From contig CAZEEV010000004.1 of NCBI GenBank assembly GCA_964511345.1, positions 19,802 to 83,801 of the forward strand: DNA of 64,000 bases, read 5' to 3'. Shown here piece by piece: positions 16,257 through 26,873 of this stretch; within the stretch, counting starts at the first letter, position 1; each line of letters begins with the position of its first letter. The stretch is from an uncultured Pseudomonadales bacterium (GTDB lineage: Bacteria > Patescibacteriota > Microgenomatia > UBA1400 > PJMF01). Both the position numbers and the translations under genes were made by a program. The notes below the pieces were generated by a model, which worked only from the letters and a program-made list of their open reading frames with translations, did not search any database and was not told the origin of the DNA.

Positions 16257-16682
16257 ATGCAAACTCTCAATATTAAGAAAATCCAACCAACTAAAGGTTA
16301 TGTTTTAGTTGAACCAGCCAAAGCTGAAGAGAAAACTGTCTCTGGCATTATTTTACCTGAGAATGAAAGTGAAAAACCCCAATATGGAGTAGTTTTAGCA
16401 GTTGGCGAGGCTTGTGATTGTGGAGATAGTTGCAGTTGCGAGGATGGTTGCGATTGCGGCTGCGGTTGCGAAGAGAAAAAAGAAACCGACGTTGCAAGAA
16501 CATATAAGAAACAAGTTAAAGAGAATTGGTCCTCTTGTAATTGCGACTCTTGTACCTGTGAAGCTCCAGTCAAAGTTGGTGACAAAGTCATTTATAAAAA
16601 ATGGGGTGGTAATGAATTCAAGATTGATGATATTGAGTATCAATTTTTAAAATTTGAAGATATTTTGGCAATTATTAAATAA
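16257..16682 (+). CDS. groES: Co-chaperonin GroES carrying a ~45-aa cysteine-rich (metallothionein-like) insertion in the roof-hairpin region
   Basis: N-terminus (KIQPTKGYVLVEP...SGIILPE...GVVLAVGEA) and C-terminus (VKVGDKVIYKK...EYQFLKFEDILAIIK) are canonical GroES. Between them lies CDCGDSCSCEDGCDCGCGCEEKKETDVARTYKKQVKENWSSCNCDSCTCEAP, with 14 Cys. Total 141 aa against the usual ~95. Confidence 0.8.
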   Translation: MQTLNIKKIQPTKGYVLVEPAKAEEKTVSGIILPENESEKPQYGVVLAVGEACDCGDSCSCEDGCDCGCGCEEKKETDVARTYKKQVKENWSSCNCDSCTCEAPVKVGDKVIYKKWGGNEFKIDDIEYQFLKFEDILAIIK

Positions 16683-16712
16683 TTTTTAAAACAAAAATAA
16701 AAAGGAAATTAA

Positions 16713-18347
<1,635 letters not shown>

Positions 18348-18370
18348 AAATTATTTTGTTTTTAACTAAA

Positions 18371-18400
18371 AAAGCCTCTCTTAAAAAGGAGGCTTTTTTA
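18371..18400 (+). terminator. Rho-independent terminator after groEL
   Basis: aaagcctc-tcttaaaaag-gaggcttt followed by a T-run. Confidence 0.5.
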
Positions 18401-18441
18401 TTGATTATCAATCAGAAAAATTTAATTTAAAATCAAAGTAT

Positions 18442-18861
18442 ATGCAAGAATTTGATCAATCAAAAAGTGAAAAACCTAGGTTTTTAGCTCTTCCTCCTTG
18501 GAGTGAAGAAATGGAAAGTGTTTTGCAAATTATTCAAAATTCTTTTCCCATAGATAATCCGCGTTTTGAACATGTTGACTCTAAAGATATTAACAGGGCT
18601 AAAATCCAAATTCATTTAAATGAGACGAATGAATTAGTATTATCTTGTCTAGGTAAAAATGAACTCACAAATTCATTGGTTTTTAAAATATTCATTGCAA
18701 CTAGGGGCACTGATTTTCAAATACATCGATTTAATCAAAATATTCAAGTTCCAATAAATGATGATGGAAGTCCACAGGAGGGAATTTTATTTACAAGAAT
18801 AGGTGCAACGCTTAATGATCTTGTGCGAGATTTTTTCCAAAAAGAAACTCTTCTAAAGTAG
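18442..18861 (+). CDS. Hypothetical protein (139 aa)
   Basis: ORF with no recognisable motif. Its stop codon overlaps the 3' end of the convergent tRNA. Confidence 0.4.
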   Translation: MQEFDQSKSEKPRFLALPPWSEEMESVLQIIQNSFPIDNPRFEHVDSKDINRAKIQIHLNETNELVLSCLGKNELTNSLVFKIFIATRGTDFQIHRFNQNIQVPINDDGSPQEGILFTRIGATLNDLVRDFFQKETLLK

Positions 18862-18932
18862 CGGGACTGAGAGTCGAACTCAGGACCTTCGGTTTATGAA
18901 TCCGATGCTCTAACCAACTGAGCTATCCCGCC
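18859..18932 (-). tRNA. tRNA with CAT anticodon (elongator tRNA-Met type; lysidine tRNA-Ile2 cannot be excluded)
   Basis: Minus-strand sequence GGCGGGAUAGCUCAGUUGGUUAGAGCAUCGGAUUCAUAAACCGAAGGUCCUGAGUUCGACUCUCAGUCCCGCUA folds as a cloverleaf. It has a 7-bp acceptor stem (G1-U72), D-arm GCUC/GAGC, anticodon loop UUCAUAA and T-arm CUGAG-UUCGACU-CUCAG. No CCA is encoded. Confidence 0.7.
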
Positions 18933-18970
18933 TTACTTTATGGACAACTCTGTATTTTATCGTAGCTTGC

Positions 18971-18999
18971 TTGATAATGCTAGCTTATTTTGTTACAAT
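18971..18999 (+). promoter_or_regulatory. Sigma70-type promoter (TTGATA-17-TACAAT) for the plus-strand tRNA
   Basis: ttgataatgctagcttattttgttacaat ends 12 nt before the tRNA 5' end. Confidence 0.45.
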
Positions 19000-19011
19000 A
19001 GTTCCCTAACA

Positions 19012-19080
19012 CGCGGGATAGTGTACGGTGCACGTGGGGCTCATAATCCCACAGGCTAGGTTCGACTCCTAGTTCCGCAA
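19012..19080 (+). tRNA. tRNA with CAT anticodon, initiator (fMet)-like features
   Basis: CGCGGGAUAGUGUACGGUGCACGUGGGGCUCAUAAUCCCACAGGCUAGGUUCGACUCCUAGUUCCGCAA. It has a C1 x A72 acceptor-end mismatch, a G-rich anticodon stem (G29-G31), anticodon loop CUCAUAA and T-arm CUAGG-UUCGACU-CCUAG. The D-arm and variable loop are short, so tRNAscan confirmation is needed. Confidence 0.55.
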
Positions 19081-19090
19081 CATTATAAAA

Positions 19091-19118
19091 AGATCTGGTA
19101 TTTGCCAGATTTTTTTTA
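19091..19118 (+). terminator. Rho-independent terminator after the plus-strand tRNA
   Basis: agatctgg-tatttg-ccagat followed by tttttttt. Confidence 0.5.
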
Positions 19119-19140
19119 TTGTAATGCTAGAATTAAAAGC

Positions 19141-20202
19141 ATGTTTAAACAAAAGGAAATCTTGCTTCTTATTTCGATTGTTTTAGTTGGTTTCTGTTTT
19201 AGGTTATTTTTGGTTTTAGATTTACCTATTTGGATAGATGAAACTTTTACCTTAAATCACATTAAGTTGTCTCTTCTAGACTTAGTAAGTGGCAAATTTG
19301 ATGCAACACATCCATTTGGTTATTATCTTTTTTTGAAACTTTGGTCCCTGATCTCTAGCAATTTGCTTTGGTTAAGATGCAGCACTTTGATCTTTTATCT
19401 TCTGAATTCCTTTTTATTTTATAAACTTGCAGTTTTAACTAAGCAAAAAAACTTAACCTATCTTTTATTAATTTTATACGCTTTCTCTGGATACTTCATA
19501 GTTTTTGATTGGCAAGCTCGTATGTACACTGGCGTGCTGACTTTAATATTAGTTTCTTGGTACAGTTTCAAAGCACGGAAAAATTTGTTGTTTTCAATAA
19601 TTAATATTTATGGTTTGTATTTTGACTATGCATTTGTGTGGTATTTGATTCCTTTAACTTTATTGATTCTCTACCAAACCTTTAAGAAAATTAAAAATAG
19701 CAAGCTCACCTTAATTTATATTGTTTCTACTTGGTTAGTTTTTGCTCTTTGGATACCAACATTTTTAACAACTTATAAAAATGGTATAGAAGCAATTAAT
19801 TGGACTGCGCGCTTTACGACTCCAACTTTTTTCCTGCCTTATTTTTTGGGTTCACACAATAATATTTTTATTACGATTTTTATTATGTTTTTTAGTTTGT
19901 ATGGAATATTTATTACTTTTCTCAAAGATAAAACTTCTGCTCAGTTTTTTATTAGTGCGAGACTCAGCTCTGGATTTTTAGCTTTTGTTCTTTCTTTTTT
20001 TGTGGGGTCAATTTTCCATGTCAGAAATTTACAAATTGTGGCTTTAATGTTTTTGATTACAATAGCGATTTGTTTAGATTGGCTGTGGAAATGCAAACAT
20101 CGATATTTAGTTTTAATTTTTCTATTAATATATTTTATTAGCTTTTTATTAACGATACGATTACACTATATTTTGCCAAGTTCATTGCTTTTAAAATTTT
20201 AA
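19141..20202 (+). CDS. Polytopic membrane protein, GT-C fold glycosyltransferase-like (ArnT/PMT-like)
   Basis: About 10 TM helices. A conserved acidic DE pair in the first extracytoplasmic loop (PIWIDETFT) is typical of GT-C glycosyltransferases. The ORF-track start at 19102 lies inside the upstream terminator; the ATG at 19141 is preferred. Confidence 0.4.
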   Translation: MFKQKEILLLISIVLVGFCFRLFLVLDLPIWIDETFTLNHIKLSLLDLVSGKFDATHPFGYYLFLKLWSLISSNLLWLRCSTLIFYLLNSFLFYKLAVLTKQKNLTYLLLILYAFSGYFIVFDWQARMYTGVLTLILVSWYSFKARKNLLFSIINIYGLYFDYAFVWYLIPLTLLILYQTFKKIKNSKLTLIYIVSTWLVFALWIPTFLTTYKNGIEAINWTARFTTPTFFLPYFLGSHNNIFITIFIMFFSLYGIFITFLKDKTSAQFFISARLSSGFLAFVLSFFVGSIFHVRNLQIVALMFLITIAICLDWLWKCKHRYLVLIFLLIYFISFLLTIRLHYILPSSLLLKF

Positions 20203-20304
20203 AAATAGTATTGAATTGAATTTAGCAAAATATTAGTTTTTTTTAAAATAGCAACATTTTCAATTTAGGATTATAATGAAATAAATTCATATCGAAAGGA
20301 GAAT

Positions 20305-20523
20305 ATGAGTGAATTGTTTCCAGATAGTCCAAGTAGTCAACAAAACTCCCCACTTATTAATCCTGATCTGAAGACACCTAACAGTTTGGCTCATCTAACC
20401 AACGCCTTAAGAAAAACAATGGAGCTTGCTAACAGTAGTGTCGCAGAAAAGTCTCAAGAAGGCGCAGTAGATGACAGCACAAATAACGATTCTGCAAGCA
20501 CTGATATATCTGAAAATAAATAG
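20305..20523 (+). CDS. Small acidic, serine/asparagine-rich hypothetical protein (72 aa)
   Basis: ORF preceded by a GGAG RBS (aaggagaatATG). Low-complexity, likely disordered. Confidence 0.3.
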   Translation: MSELFPDSPSSQQNSPLINPDLKTPNSLAHLTNALRKTMELANSSVAEKSQEGAVDDSTNNDSASTDISENK

Positions 20524-20573
20524 TTTTTGACAAATTGACTTAAACCGTTATTTTAAAACGAAAGTCTTAATAA

Positions 20574-20909
20574 TTGGGTATCGGTAAGGAGAAAAATGTT
20601 ATGACAGAAATGCCACCAAAATTGCAAGAAACAGAAGTTTTTACTAAAGAAGTAGTTATTACTCTGTCGACTCCGCCCAGTAAGATCAAAGCTTTATTAC
20701 CAGCTCTGTATCGTATTTTTGGTACTATTCCCATTTCCAATTCAGAAGATACGAAAATTACTTATTATTTAACTGGCAATGCGGTCAAGATTGATGACGA
20801 TTTAATTAGACAATATATTACGGCTACTATTGGTGCGCATGTGATTGATGTGAAAATTGGTGAGAAAAAAGCCGAACCAAGACCTAATTTATTTAGTGTC
20901 TATAAATAG
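20574..20909 (+). CDS. Hypothetical protein (about 100 aa)
   Basis: ORF with an aaggag RBS. No recognisable domain. The start may be the internal ATG at 20601. Confidence 0.35.
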   Translation: MGIGKEKNVMTEMPPKLQETEVFTKEVVITLSTPPSKIKALLPALYRIFGTIPISNSEDTKITYYLTGNAVKIDDDLIRQYITATIGAHVIDVKIGEKKAEPRPNLFSVYK

Positions 20910-21293
20910 ATTTTTCCACTCGTTAATTGGTTGATTTTGCTTGATTGTGGTATTTTTGTCGAGCTGGCTATTGAAGCTTTCTTCATCTGGAATTTGCAAA
21001 ATAATATCATTTTCTTTTTTTAGTAAGAGTTCATTACGCTTGATTTTTTCCAAACTAACTTCAGCTTGATTTTCATTCATTTTTTTTTGTTCTTTCAGCA
21101 ATTCTTTTTCAGTCTCTGCAACACTTTTCTCTAGTTTTTCAATACTTTCTTTAGAAATTAGAGCTTGTTTGCTGCTTTTTTGGAGAGAGAAGATGCTAAT
21201 CAGGCTCACAATAGTCACAATTACCACAAAAAATGGGTGACTCAATATTTTTTGCAATTGTTTTTTATCCATTTTGATACTTTTATAAATCAA
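20889..21293 (-). CDS. Membrane-anchored coiled-coil protein, septum-formation-initiator (FtsB/DivIC)-like
   Basis: N-terminal TM helix (FFVVIVTIVSLISIFSL) followed by a lysine/glutamate-rich heptad region. Confidence 0.4.
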   Translation of the reverse strand: MIYKSIKMDKKQLQKILSHPFFVVIVTIVSLISIFSLQKSSKQALISKESIEKLEKSVAETEKELLKEQKKMNENQAEVSLEKIKRNELLLKKENDIILQIPDEESFNSQLDKNTTIKQNQPINEWKNLFIDTK

Positions 21294-21385
21294 TGGCGCT
21301 TGTTTATAAACCTAGTTTATGATATTATAAGACCTTATTATTCGAGAAAAACAAACTTATTCTGTCCTAATAGGTTAGATCAATT

Positions 21386-22252
21386 ATGCACACAAATTTA
21401 CTTGACGCGCAAGCAAAGTTTACTGAGAGCTTAAGAGCTAATGGCAAAGCTCATGCGACTGTAATTGCTTATGGAAAAGATATCGAGCAATTGGCAGATT
21501 TTTTAAGTAAAAGATCAAAGAATTTATTATCTGAAGTAGTGGCAGAAGATTTAGAAGATTTTAAAGAATTGCTTAAAAAGCAAAGATACACCAGTAAATC
21601 TATTTCCAGAAAAATTAATTCAATTAAAGCTTTCTTTCGCTTTTGCATTAGTGAAGGTTTGGTCGAAGGCAATCCTACCGAGGATATTAGTCAGCCTAAA
21701 TTTGACCAAACTCCTCCTAGAATTTTATCTCGTTTAGAATATCGTGCCTTGCGTGATTCCTGTCGTGCTGATGCTCGTATGCATGCGATCGTAGAAATTT
21801 TATTGCAGACTGGTATGCGTATCAGCGAATTGGCTTACTTACAAATGACTGATATCGATTTGGAAAGAGAGTTAATTTACATTCAGGCTCAAAATTCCAG
21901 AGAAGCCCGTCGCATTCCTCTCAATACTGCTGCTAAAAAAGCTATTTTGGATTATTTAAGACTTCGTCCACGAGCTAAAGAAAAAACTTTGTTTTTAACT
22001 AAAACATGCCGACCATTTTTAGTGCGTAATATTCGTACTGCTATCGATCGTTATTTCCGTTTAGCTGGTATTAAAGATGCCAAGGTTAATGATTTGCGCC
22101 ACACTTTTATCGTTGAGCAACTCAAAGCTGGTACTCCTTTGGTTTATGTTTCCCAATTAGTGGGGCATAAACGCATTACCACCACTGAAAAATATCTTCA
22201 TTTAATTGAGGCTCCAGAAATGCAGCCGAATATTAAAATTGAAGAGCTTTAA
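21386..22252 (+). CDS. Tyrosine site-specific recombinase, XerC/XerD family
   Basis: N-terminal SAM-like domain. Catalytic R...HxxR...Y residues are present (ARRIPL, LRHTF, GHKRITTTEKYLHL). Confidence 0.8.
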   Translation: MHTNLLDAQAKFTESLRANGKAHATVIAYGKDIEQLADFLSKRSKNLLSEVVAEDLEDFKELLKKQRYTSKSISRKINSIKAFFRFCISEGLVEGNPTEDISQPKFDQTPPRILSRLEYRALRDSCRADARMHAIVEILLQTGMRISELAYLQMTDIDLERELIYIQAQNSREARRIPLNTAAKKAILDYLRLRPRAKEKTLFLTKTCRPFLVRNIRTAIDRYFRLAGIKDAKVNDLRHTFIVEQLKAGTPLVYVSQLVGHKRITTTEKYLHLIEAPEMQPNIKIEEL

Positions 22253-22253
22253 A

Positions 22254-23306
22254 TCAAGCTTGATGGTAAATAGCCATCAATTCTTCTAAGCTGTGGCCTT
22301 TTTCAACTGCCACATAAATACTTGAATAAGGCACGATATCGTCGAAACTATAGCCCAATTCTTTTAATTGTTTAATCGAAATTTCAGTGAGAGGTGGTTT
22401 GTTTTTTGTCCAACCTAAAGCCTTAGTTTGTTCTTGCCATACAGCTTTGGCCTGATATTTGCCATAAATATTGGCAGTGAAATCTCCGCCCAAGCAGATG
22501 CGATTATAATTTTCTCCGTACACCAGTTTTAATAATTTTTGATCTCGAAGATCGTGATGATTCTGAGGGAAAAAACAATCATATTCGTTAATTGGATTGA
22601 CCGATAATAATTCATGAAAAACAAAAAACTCACTTTTTAGTTGAAAATTATTTTTACAATTTTGAATAATCCTTTGGATGCCTTGTTTTGTGGCAAAAGT
22701 AGAGATAATGGTAATTTTTTTTAGATTTGGAAATAATTTTTTTAGTTCGGCTATCGCTGTAATTAGATTTCTTCCAGCGGCAATAGAATCGGTTAGGATT
22801 ACGTGCTTCACTTGTTTCTTAATTCTGTTGGCAGTAACTTTGTTTTTAGGAATATCCAGACGATAATAACTAAGTTCACTGCTTTTACCCTTAATACCAT
22901 TTTTATCTTCAATGTGATGAGCATCTAAGATCATGTACAGTGTGCTATTGATGTTGGCCAAAGAAGCATTTAAAAAAGGATTTTGAGCAATTGGCTCACG
23001 TAATAACATAGCTCCAACTGTTTCGCCTCGGTGTTGGAATTCTTCGATAGACCGTTTAAATTCTGGACTCAACATTAAGAGATGAGTAGTAATATCTAAA
23101 TCTAGATTGCGCAAACCATTGAAATGTAAGCGACCAAGACGAAAATTGAATTGCTGATTTTCATATTTTAAACTTCCGATAACTAAAGCTCTAGTTTCAG
23201 CTGTTTTGAAAAGATGGATTTTACTGGAGTTAATGGTGAGTGAGTGATATTGATAAAAATTGTTTAAACGGGGATAAGTACGAGGAGAAAAAAGAGTTTT
23301 GCTCAT
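22254..23306 (-). CDS. Hypothetical protein with phosphoribosyltransferase (PRTase type I)-like nucleotide-binding motif
   Basis: 350-aa ORF. An internal VKHVILTDSIAAGRNLITAI resembles the PRPP-binding loop (hydrophobic-DD/DS-small-GxT) of type I PRTases. Flanking regions are unassigned. Confidence 0.45.
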   Translation of the reverse strand: MSKTLFSPRTYPRLNNFYQYHSLTINSSKIHLFKTAETRALVIGSLKYENQQFNFRLGRLHFNGLRNLDLDITTHLLMLSPEFKRSIEEFQHRGETVGAMLLREPIAQNPFLNASLANINSTLYMILDAHHIEDKNGIKGKSSELSYYRLDIPKNKVTANRIKKQVKHVILTDSIAAGRNLITAIAELKKLFPNLKKITIISTFATKQGIQRIIQNCKNNFQLKSEFFVFHELLSVNPINEYDCFFPQNHHDLRDQKLLKLVYGENYNRICLGGDFTANIYGKYQAKAVWQEQTKALGWTKNKPPLTEISIKQLKELGYSFDDIVPYSSIYVAVEKGHSLEELMAIYHQA

Positions 23307-23426
23307 AACAAATCGAAGCTTTCAATTAGCTAGATTTTGGCTTTTTACCTAGGGTTTTGTCAACTAGAAAAATAAAACTATTAATTTATATCTGCTGTGC
23401 TAAGATATTCTCTAGAGGAGATCTGT

Positions 23427-24548
23427 ATGTCTATGTCCAAAATTAATCTAGCTTTAATTTGTGGTGGCAAATCTGTAGAGCATGAGGTGTCTTTGATTTC
23501 AGCAAAAAATGTTATTGCTGCCTTGGACTTTTCAAAGTATGACTTGTCTCTGTTTGCAGTAGCCAAAGATGGTTCATTTCGTTTTTATGAGAATCATGAG
23601 GATTTTCTAAATAATGAAAATGATCCAGATATTGTTTCGCTCAAAGAAACTGGTTTTGTAAATGTTTCTTGGAGCGTCATTGCCGGTGTTGGTCAAGCAG
23701 TTTTACCAAGTGGTAATAAAAAGCTTGACGTAGTTTTTCCAATTATGCACGGTTCTTTTGCTGAAGATGGCAAAATGCAAGGTTTCTTAGAAATGCTTAA
23801 TTTGCCCTATGTTGGCCCAGATGTTTTAGGTTCAGCGATTGCTATGGATAAAGAAATCACTAAGAAATTAGTCGAAATGCATGACATCAAAATTGCTAAA
23901 TATTTATCTTTTAGTACGCTTTCCAAAAATGAGATTAATTTCACTAAAGTTAAAGAAGAATTGGGTTTACCAATTTTTGTTAAACCAGCTAACTCTGGTT
24001 CTTCAGTAGGGATTAATAAAGTAGACAATGAAGCAGATTTTATTCAAGCTATTAATGAAGCATTTTCGGTTGACCATAAGATTATTATTGAAACAGCTAT
24101 CATTGGCAGAGAACTGGAATGCTCTGTACTTGGTAATAGAGATCATCTAACAGCCGGGGAAGTTGGTGAAATTATTCCAAGCGCCAAACATGGCTTCTAT
24201 TCTTATGATGCTAAATATCTTGATGAGTCAGGCGCAGCTTTATTGATTCCAGCACAGTTGGAATCGGCTAAGAAGAAAGAAATTCAAGAAATCGCCAAGA
24301 AAATTTTCTTAACTTGTCAGTGTGAGGGGATGTCTAGAGTAGATTTCTTTATGACTGAAAATGGTGAAGTCATATTTAACGAAATCAATACTATTCCAGG
24401 ATTTACCAAAATCAGTATGTATCCAAAATTGATTATGCATGAAACAGGTATGACTTATAGTGCTTTAATAGATAATTTAATTGCTTTGGCCATCGCTCGC
24501 TACACCAGAAATTCTCGACTATTCTTTGAGAAAAAAATGGTAGAATAA
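23427..24548 (+). CDS. ddl: D-alanine--D-alanine ligase
   Basis: KINLALICGGKSVEHEVSL...ATP-grasp motifs. The ATG at 23427 is preferred over the upstream ORF-track start. Confidence 0.85.
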   Translation: MSMSKINLALICGGKSVEHEVSLISAKNVIAALDFSKYDLSLFAVAKDGSFRFYENHEDFLNNENDPDIVSLKETGFVNVSWSVIAGVGQAVLPSGNKKLDVVFPIMHGSFAEDGKMQGFLEMLNLPYVGPDVLGSAIAMDKEITKKLVEMHDIKIAKYLSFSTLSKNEINFTKVKEELGLPIFVKPANSGSSVGINKVDNEADFIQAINEAFSVDHKIIIETAIIGRELECSVLGNRDHLTAGEVGEIIPSAKHGFYSYDAKYLDESGAALLIPAQLESAKKKEIQEIAKKIFLTCQCEGMSRVDFFMTENGEVIFNEINTIPGFTKISMYPKLIMHETGMTYSALIDNLIALAIARYTRNSRLFFEKKMVE

Positions 24549-24556
24549 GACCTCTT

Positions 24557-24892
24557 ATGGCTGAAACTATTCAATTTAATGATTTTTTAAAAGTTGAGAT
24601 GCGTGTCGGCATGGTGATAAAAGTGAACGTGCCAGAATGGAGCGAAAAACTCTTGGAATTTAAAGTGAATTTTGGTTCAGAAATTGGTGAAAAAACAATT
24701 TTCTCCGGAGTAAAAAAATGGTATAGTGAGGCAGATTTTTTGAATAAAAAATTTCCATTCGTAGTTAATTTAGCCGAGCGCAAAATGGGTCCTGCCATTA
24801 GTCAGGGTATGATGATGGTGGTAGATAGTCAAGACAAGCCACTTTTAATTAATTTAGATGACCAAGCCGAACTTGGCGCAATCTTGTGCTAA
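24557..24892 (+). CDS. tRNA-binding protein (CsaA/Trbp111, EMAP-like OB fold)
   Basis: FLKVEMRVGMVIKV...KLLEFKVNFGSE...FSGVKKWY, characteristic of the tRNA-binding OB domain. Confidence 0.75.
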   Translation: MAETIQFNDFLKVEMRVGMVIKVNVPEWSEKLLEFKVNFGSEIGEKTIFSGVKKWYSEADFLNKKFPFVVNLAERKMGPAISQGMMMVVDSQDKPLLINLDDQAELGAILC

Positions 24893-24929
24893 ACTAAGCA
24901 TGAATATTTGCAACAGAAAGTTTTAATCT

Positions 24930-26870
24930 ATGAATGATAAAAAAGCTGAGTCAAAAGCTCCTCAACAAAATCCAAGTACTCCTCCGGCTTCTAAACAAAA
25001 TCCAAGTCAACCTAGTAAAGCCAATGGTCCATATAAAAGAGTTGAGTTGAGAATTAATTTAAATAAATTCTTTAATAAAACCTTGATTTATCTGATTATT
25101 TTATTTTTATTTGTACCTTCTTTGTTAGGTGCTTTTGGGGCTAACAAAGGTCGTGAGCAAATTACCATGAGCCAAATGGTTAATGACATCCGCAGCGAAA
25201 AAGTAAGCAAAATGGAAGTTTATGGTCAAGAGTTGCGCCTCACTTATAAAGATGAATCGAAGAAAGTGGCTAAAAAAGAAGAGGGTCAACAAGCATTACA
25301 AGTACTTACTGCTGCTGGCATAGATCTAGCTAGTGTTGATACAGAAATTCATGATGCAACTTTTCTGCAAATGCTGTGGGAATTAGTGATTAATTTCTTA
25401 CCAATCATTTTGATGTTCGTATTTTTAATGATCGTTTTTAGACAAGCTCGTGGTGGTACAGATGCAATGTTTGGCATGGGCAAAAGTAAAGCCAAAGTTT
25501 TTGTCAAAGGCAAGCAAAATATTTCTTTCAAAGATGTGGGTGGCATGAATGAAGCTAAGAAAGAATTAGAAGAAATTGTTGATTTTTTGAAACATCCAAA
25601 AAAATATACTAAAGTTGGCGCTCGTACTCCCAAAGGTGTTTTGTTAGTTGGTCCGGCTGGTACAGGTAAGACTTTATTGGCAAGAGCAGTAGCCGGTGAA
25701 GCTGGTGTACAGTTTCTTTCTATTGCTGGCAGTGAATTTATGGAAATGTTAGTTGGTGTTGGAGCTTCTCGTGTTAGAGATTTATTTGATACAGCCAAAA
25801 AGATTGCTCCATCCATTATTTTTATTGATGAAATCGATGCTATCGGTCGTATGAGAGGACGCAATAGTATGTCATCTCATGATGAACGTGAACAGACTTT
25901 GAATCAAATTTTAGTTGAAATGGATGGCTTTACACAGAATGATAATGTCATTGTAATGGCTGCTACTAATCGTGGGGATATGCTTGATCCAGCTTTAGTG
26001 CGTCCAGGTCGTTTTGATCGTCGTGTCCAAGTCAATTTACCTGATTTAGAAGAACGTAAATTTATCTTGAACATCCATGCTCGAAATAAGACTTTTACCA
26101 AGGGTTTAGATTGGGTCAAAGTTGCTAAACGTACGGTAGGTTTTTCTGGAGCTGATCTTGAAAATATGCTCAATGAAGCAGCAATCGCGATTGCCAGAGA
26201 AAGTCGCGAAGAAATTACCTTAGAAGACATTGAGGAAGCGTCTCTCAAGGTTAAATATGGTCCAAGTAAAAAGCGTTTGCAAGACGATGAAGAAAAGAAA
26301 ATGACTGCTTATCATGAGGCTGGCCACGCTGTTTTGGCTCATGTTTTACCTTATGCTGATCCAGTACATCGTATTTCAATTGTTTCCAGAGGTCAGGCTT
26401 TGGGCTATACCTTCACTCCTCCAGAAAAAGATAAATTGCAAATTCTTAAGTCCGAATTACTTGATGATATGACCGTGATGCTTGGTGGCAGAGCCGCTGA
26501 AATGTTAGTTTTCAATGAGCAGACGGCTGGTGCCAGCAATGATATTGATCGTGTAACTAGAATTGCTCGCAGTATGGTCGTGCGTTTTGGAATGAGTAAA
26601 TTAGGTCCAATGAATTTCGGTCCTCAATATGAAGGTGAGGATTACAGCCGAGCTTGGGGTGAAGCAGATCGACCCTCAACTAAGGTTTTAGAAAAAGTGG
26701 ATGAAGAAATGATAAATTATGTCAGCGAGGCGGAGAAAAGAGCTATGGACTTGTTAACTAAGTATCGCAAAAACTTAGACAAAATTGCTGAAAATTTGTT
26801 GGAAAAAGAAACTTTAGATGCAGATGAATTTGCCAAACTCATGGACATGCCAAAAGCTAAAGCTATATAA
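24930..26870 (+). CDS. ftsH: ATP-dependent zinc metalloprotease FtsH
   Basis: Two TM helices, an AAA+ module ([21 protein letters not shown]) and a HEAGHA zinc site. Confidence 0.95.
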   Translation: MNDKKAESKAPQQNPSTPPASKQNPSQPSKANGPYKRVELRINLNKFFNKTLIYLIILFLFVPSLLGAFGANKGREQITMSQMVNDIRSEKVSKMEVYGQELRLTYKDESKKVAKKEEGQQALQVLTAAGIDLASVDTEIHDATFLQMLWELVINFLPIILMFVFLMIVFRQARGGTDAMFGMGKSKAKVFVKGKQNISFKDVGGMNEAKKELEEIVDFLKHPKKYTKVGARTPKGVLLVGPAGTGKTLLARAVAGEAGVQFLSIAGSEFMEMLVGVGASRVRDLFDTAKKIAPSIIFIDEIDAIGRMRGRNSMSSHDEREQTLNQILVEMDGFTQNDNVIVMAATNRGDMLDPALVRPGRFDRRVQVNLPDLEERKFILNIHARNKTFTKGLDWVKVAKRTVGFSGADLENMLNEAAIAIARESREEITLEDIEEASLKVKYGPSKKRLQDDEEKKMTAYHEAGHAVLAHVLPYADPVHRISIVSRGQALGYTFTPPEKDKLQILKSELLDDMTVMLGGRAAEMLVFNEQTAGASNDIDRVTRIARSMVVRFGMSKLGPMNFGPQYEGEDYSRAWGEADRPSTKVLEKVDEEMINYVSEAEKRAMDLLTKYRKNLDKIAENLLEKETLDADEFAKLMDMPKAKAI

Positions 26871-26873
26871 TAG

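Noticed and set aside
16298-16650. Three overlapping ORFs (16298..16591 minus, 16395..16643 minus, 16402..16650 plus) inside groES
   Set aside because: They are alternative-frame and antisense readings of the repetitive TGC/TGT/GAT-rich Cys-cluster insertion. Their products are low-complexity (S/P/Q or A/I/T runs). The GroES frame has conserved flanks on both sides.
19012-19080. Doubt over whether the plus-strand CAT-anticodon structure is a genuine tRNA
   Set aside because: Doubt was considered but not adopted. The D-arm and variable loop are shorter than usual, but the acceptor, anticodon and T-arms are well formed, a consensus promoter and terminator flank it, and the C1xA72 feature fits an initiator tRNA. 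It is retained as a tRNA at reduced confidence pending tRNAscan-SE.
19102-19140. Upstream extension of the GT-C membrane protein ORF to 19102
   Set aside because: The extension would begin inside the U-tract of the tRNA terminator hairpin (19091..19118). The ATG at 19141 is the plausible start.
21165-21672. ORFs 21165..21434 (plus) and 21469..21672 (minus) overlapping the FtsB-like and recombinase genes
   Set aside because: They are overlapping-frame ORFs without motifs. The recombinase and FtsB-like frames explain the region.
25349-26248. Antisense ORFs of 171 and 114 aa within ftsH
   Set aside because: They lie entirely inside a strongly conserved coding sequence on the opposite strand and have no motifs. 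They are typical shadow ORFs.
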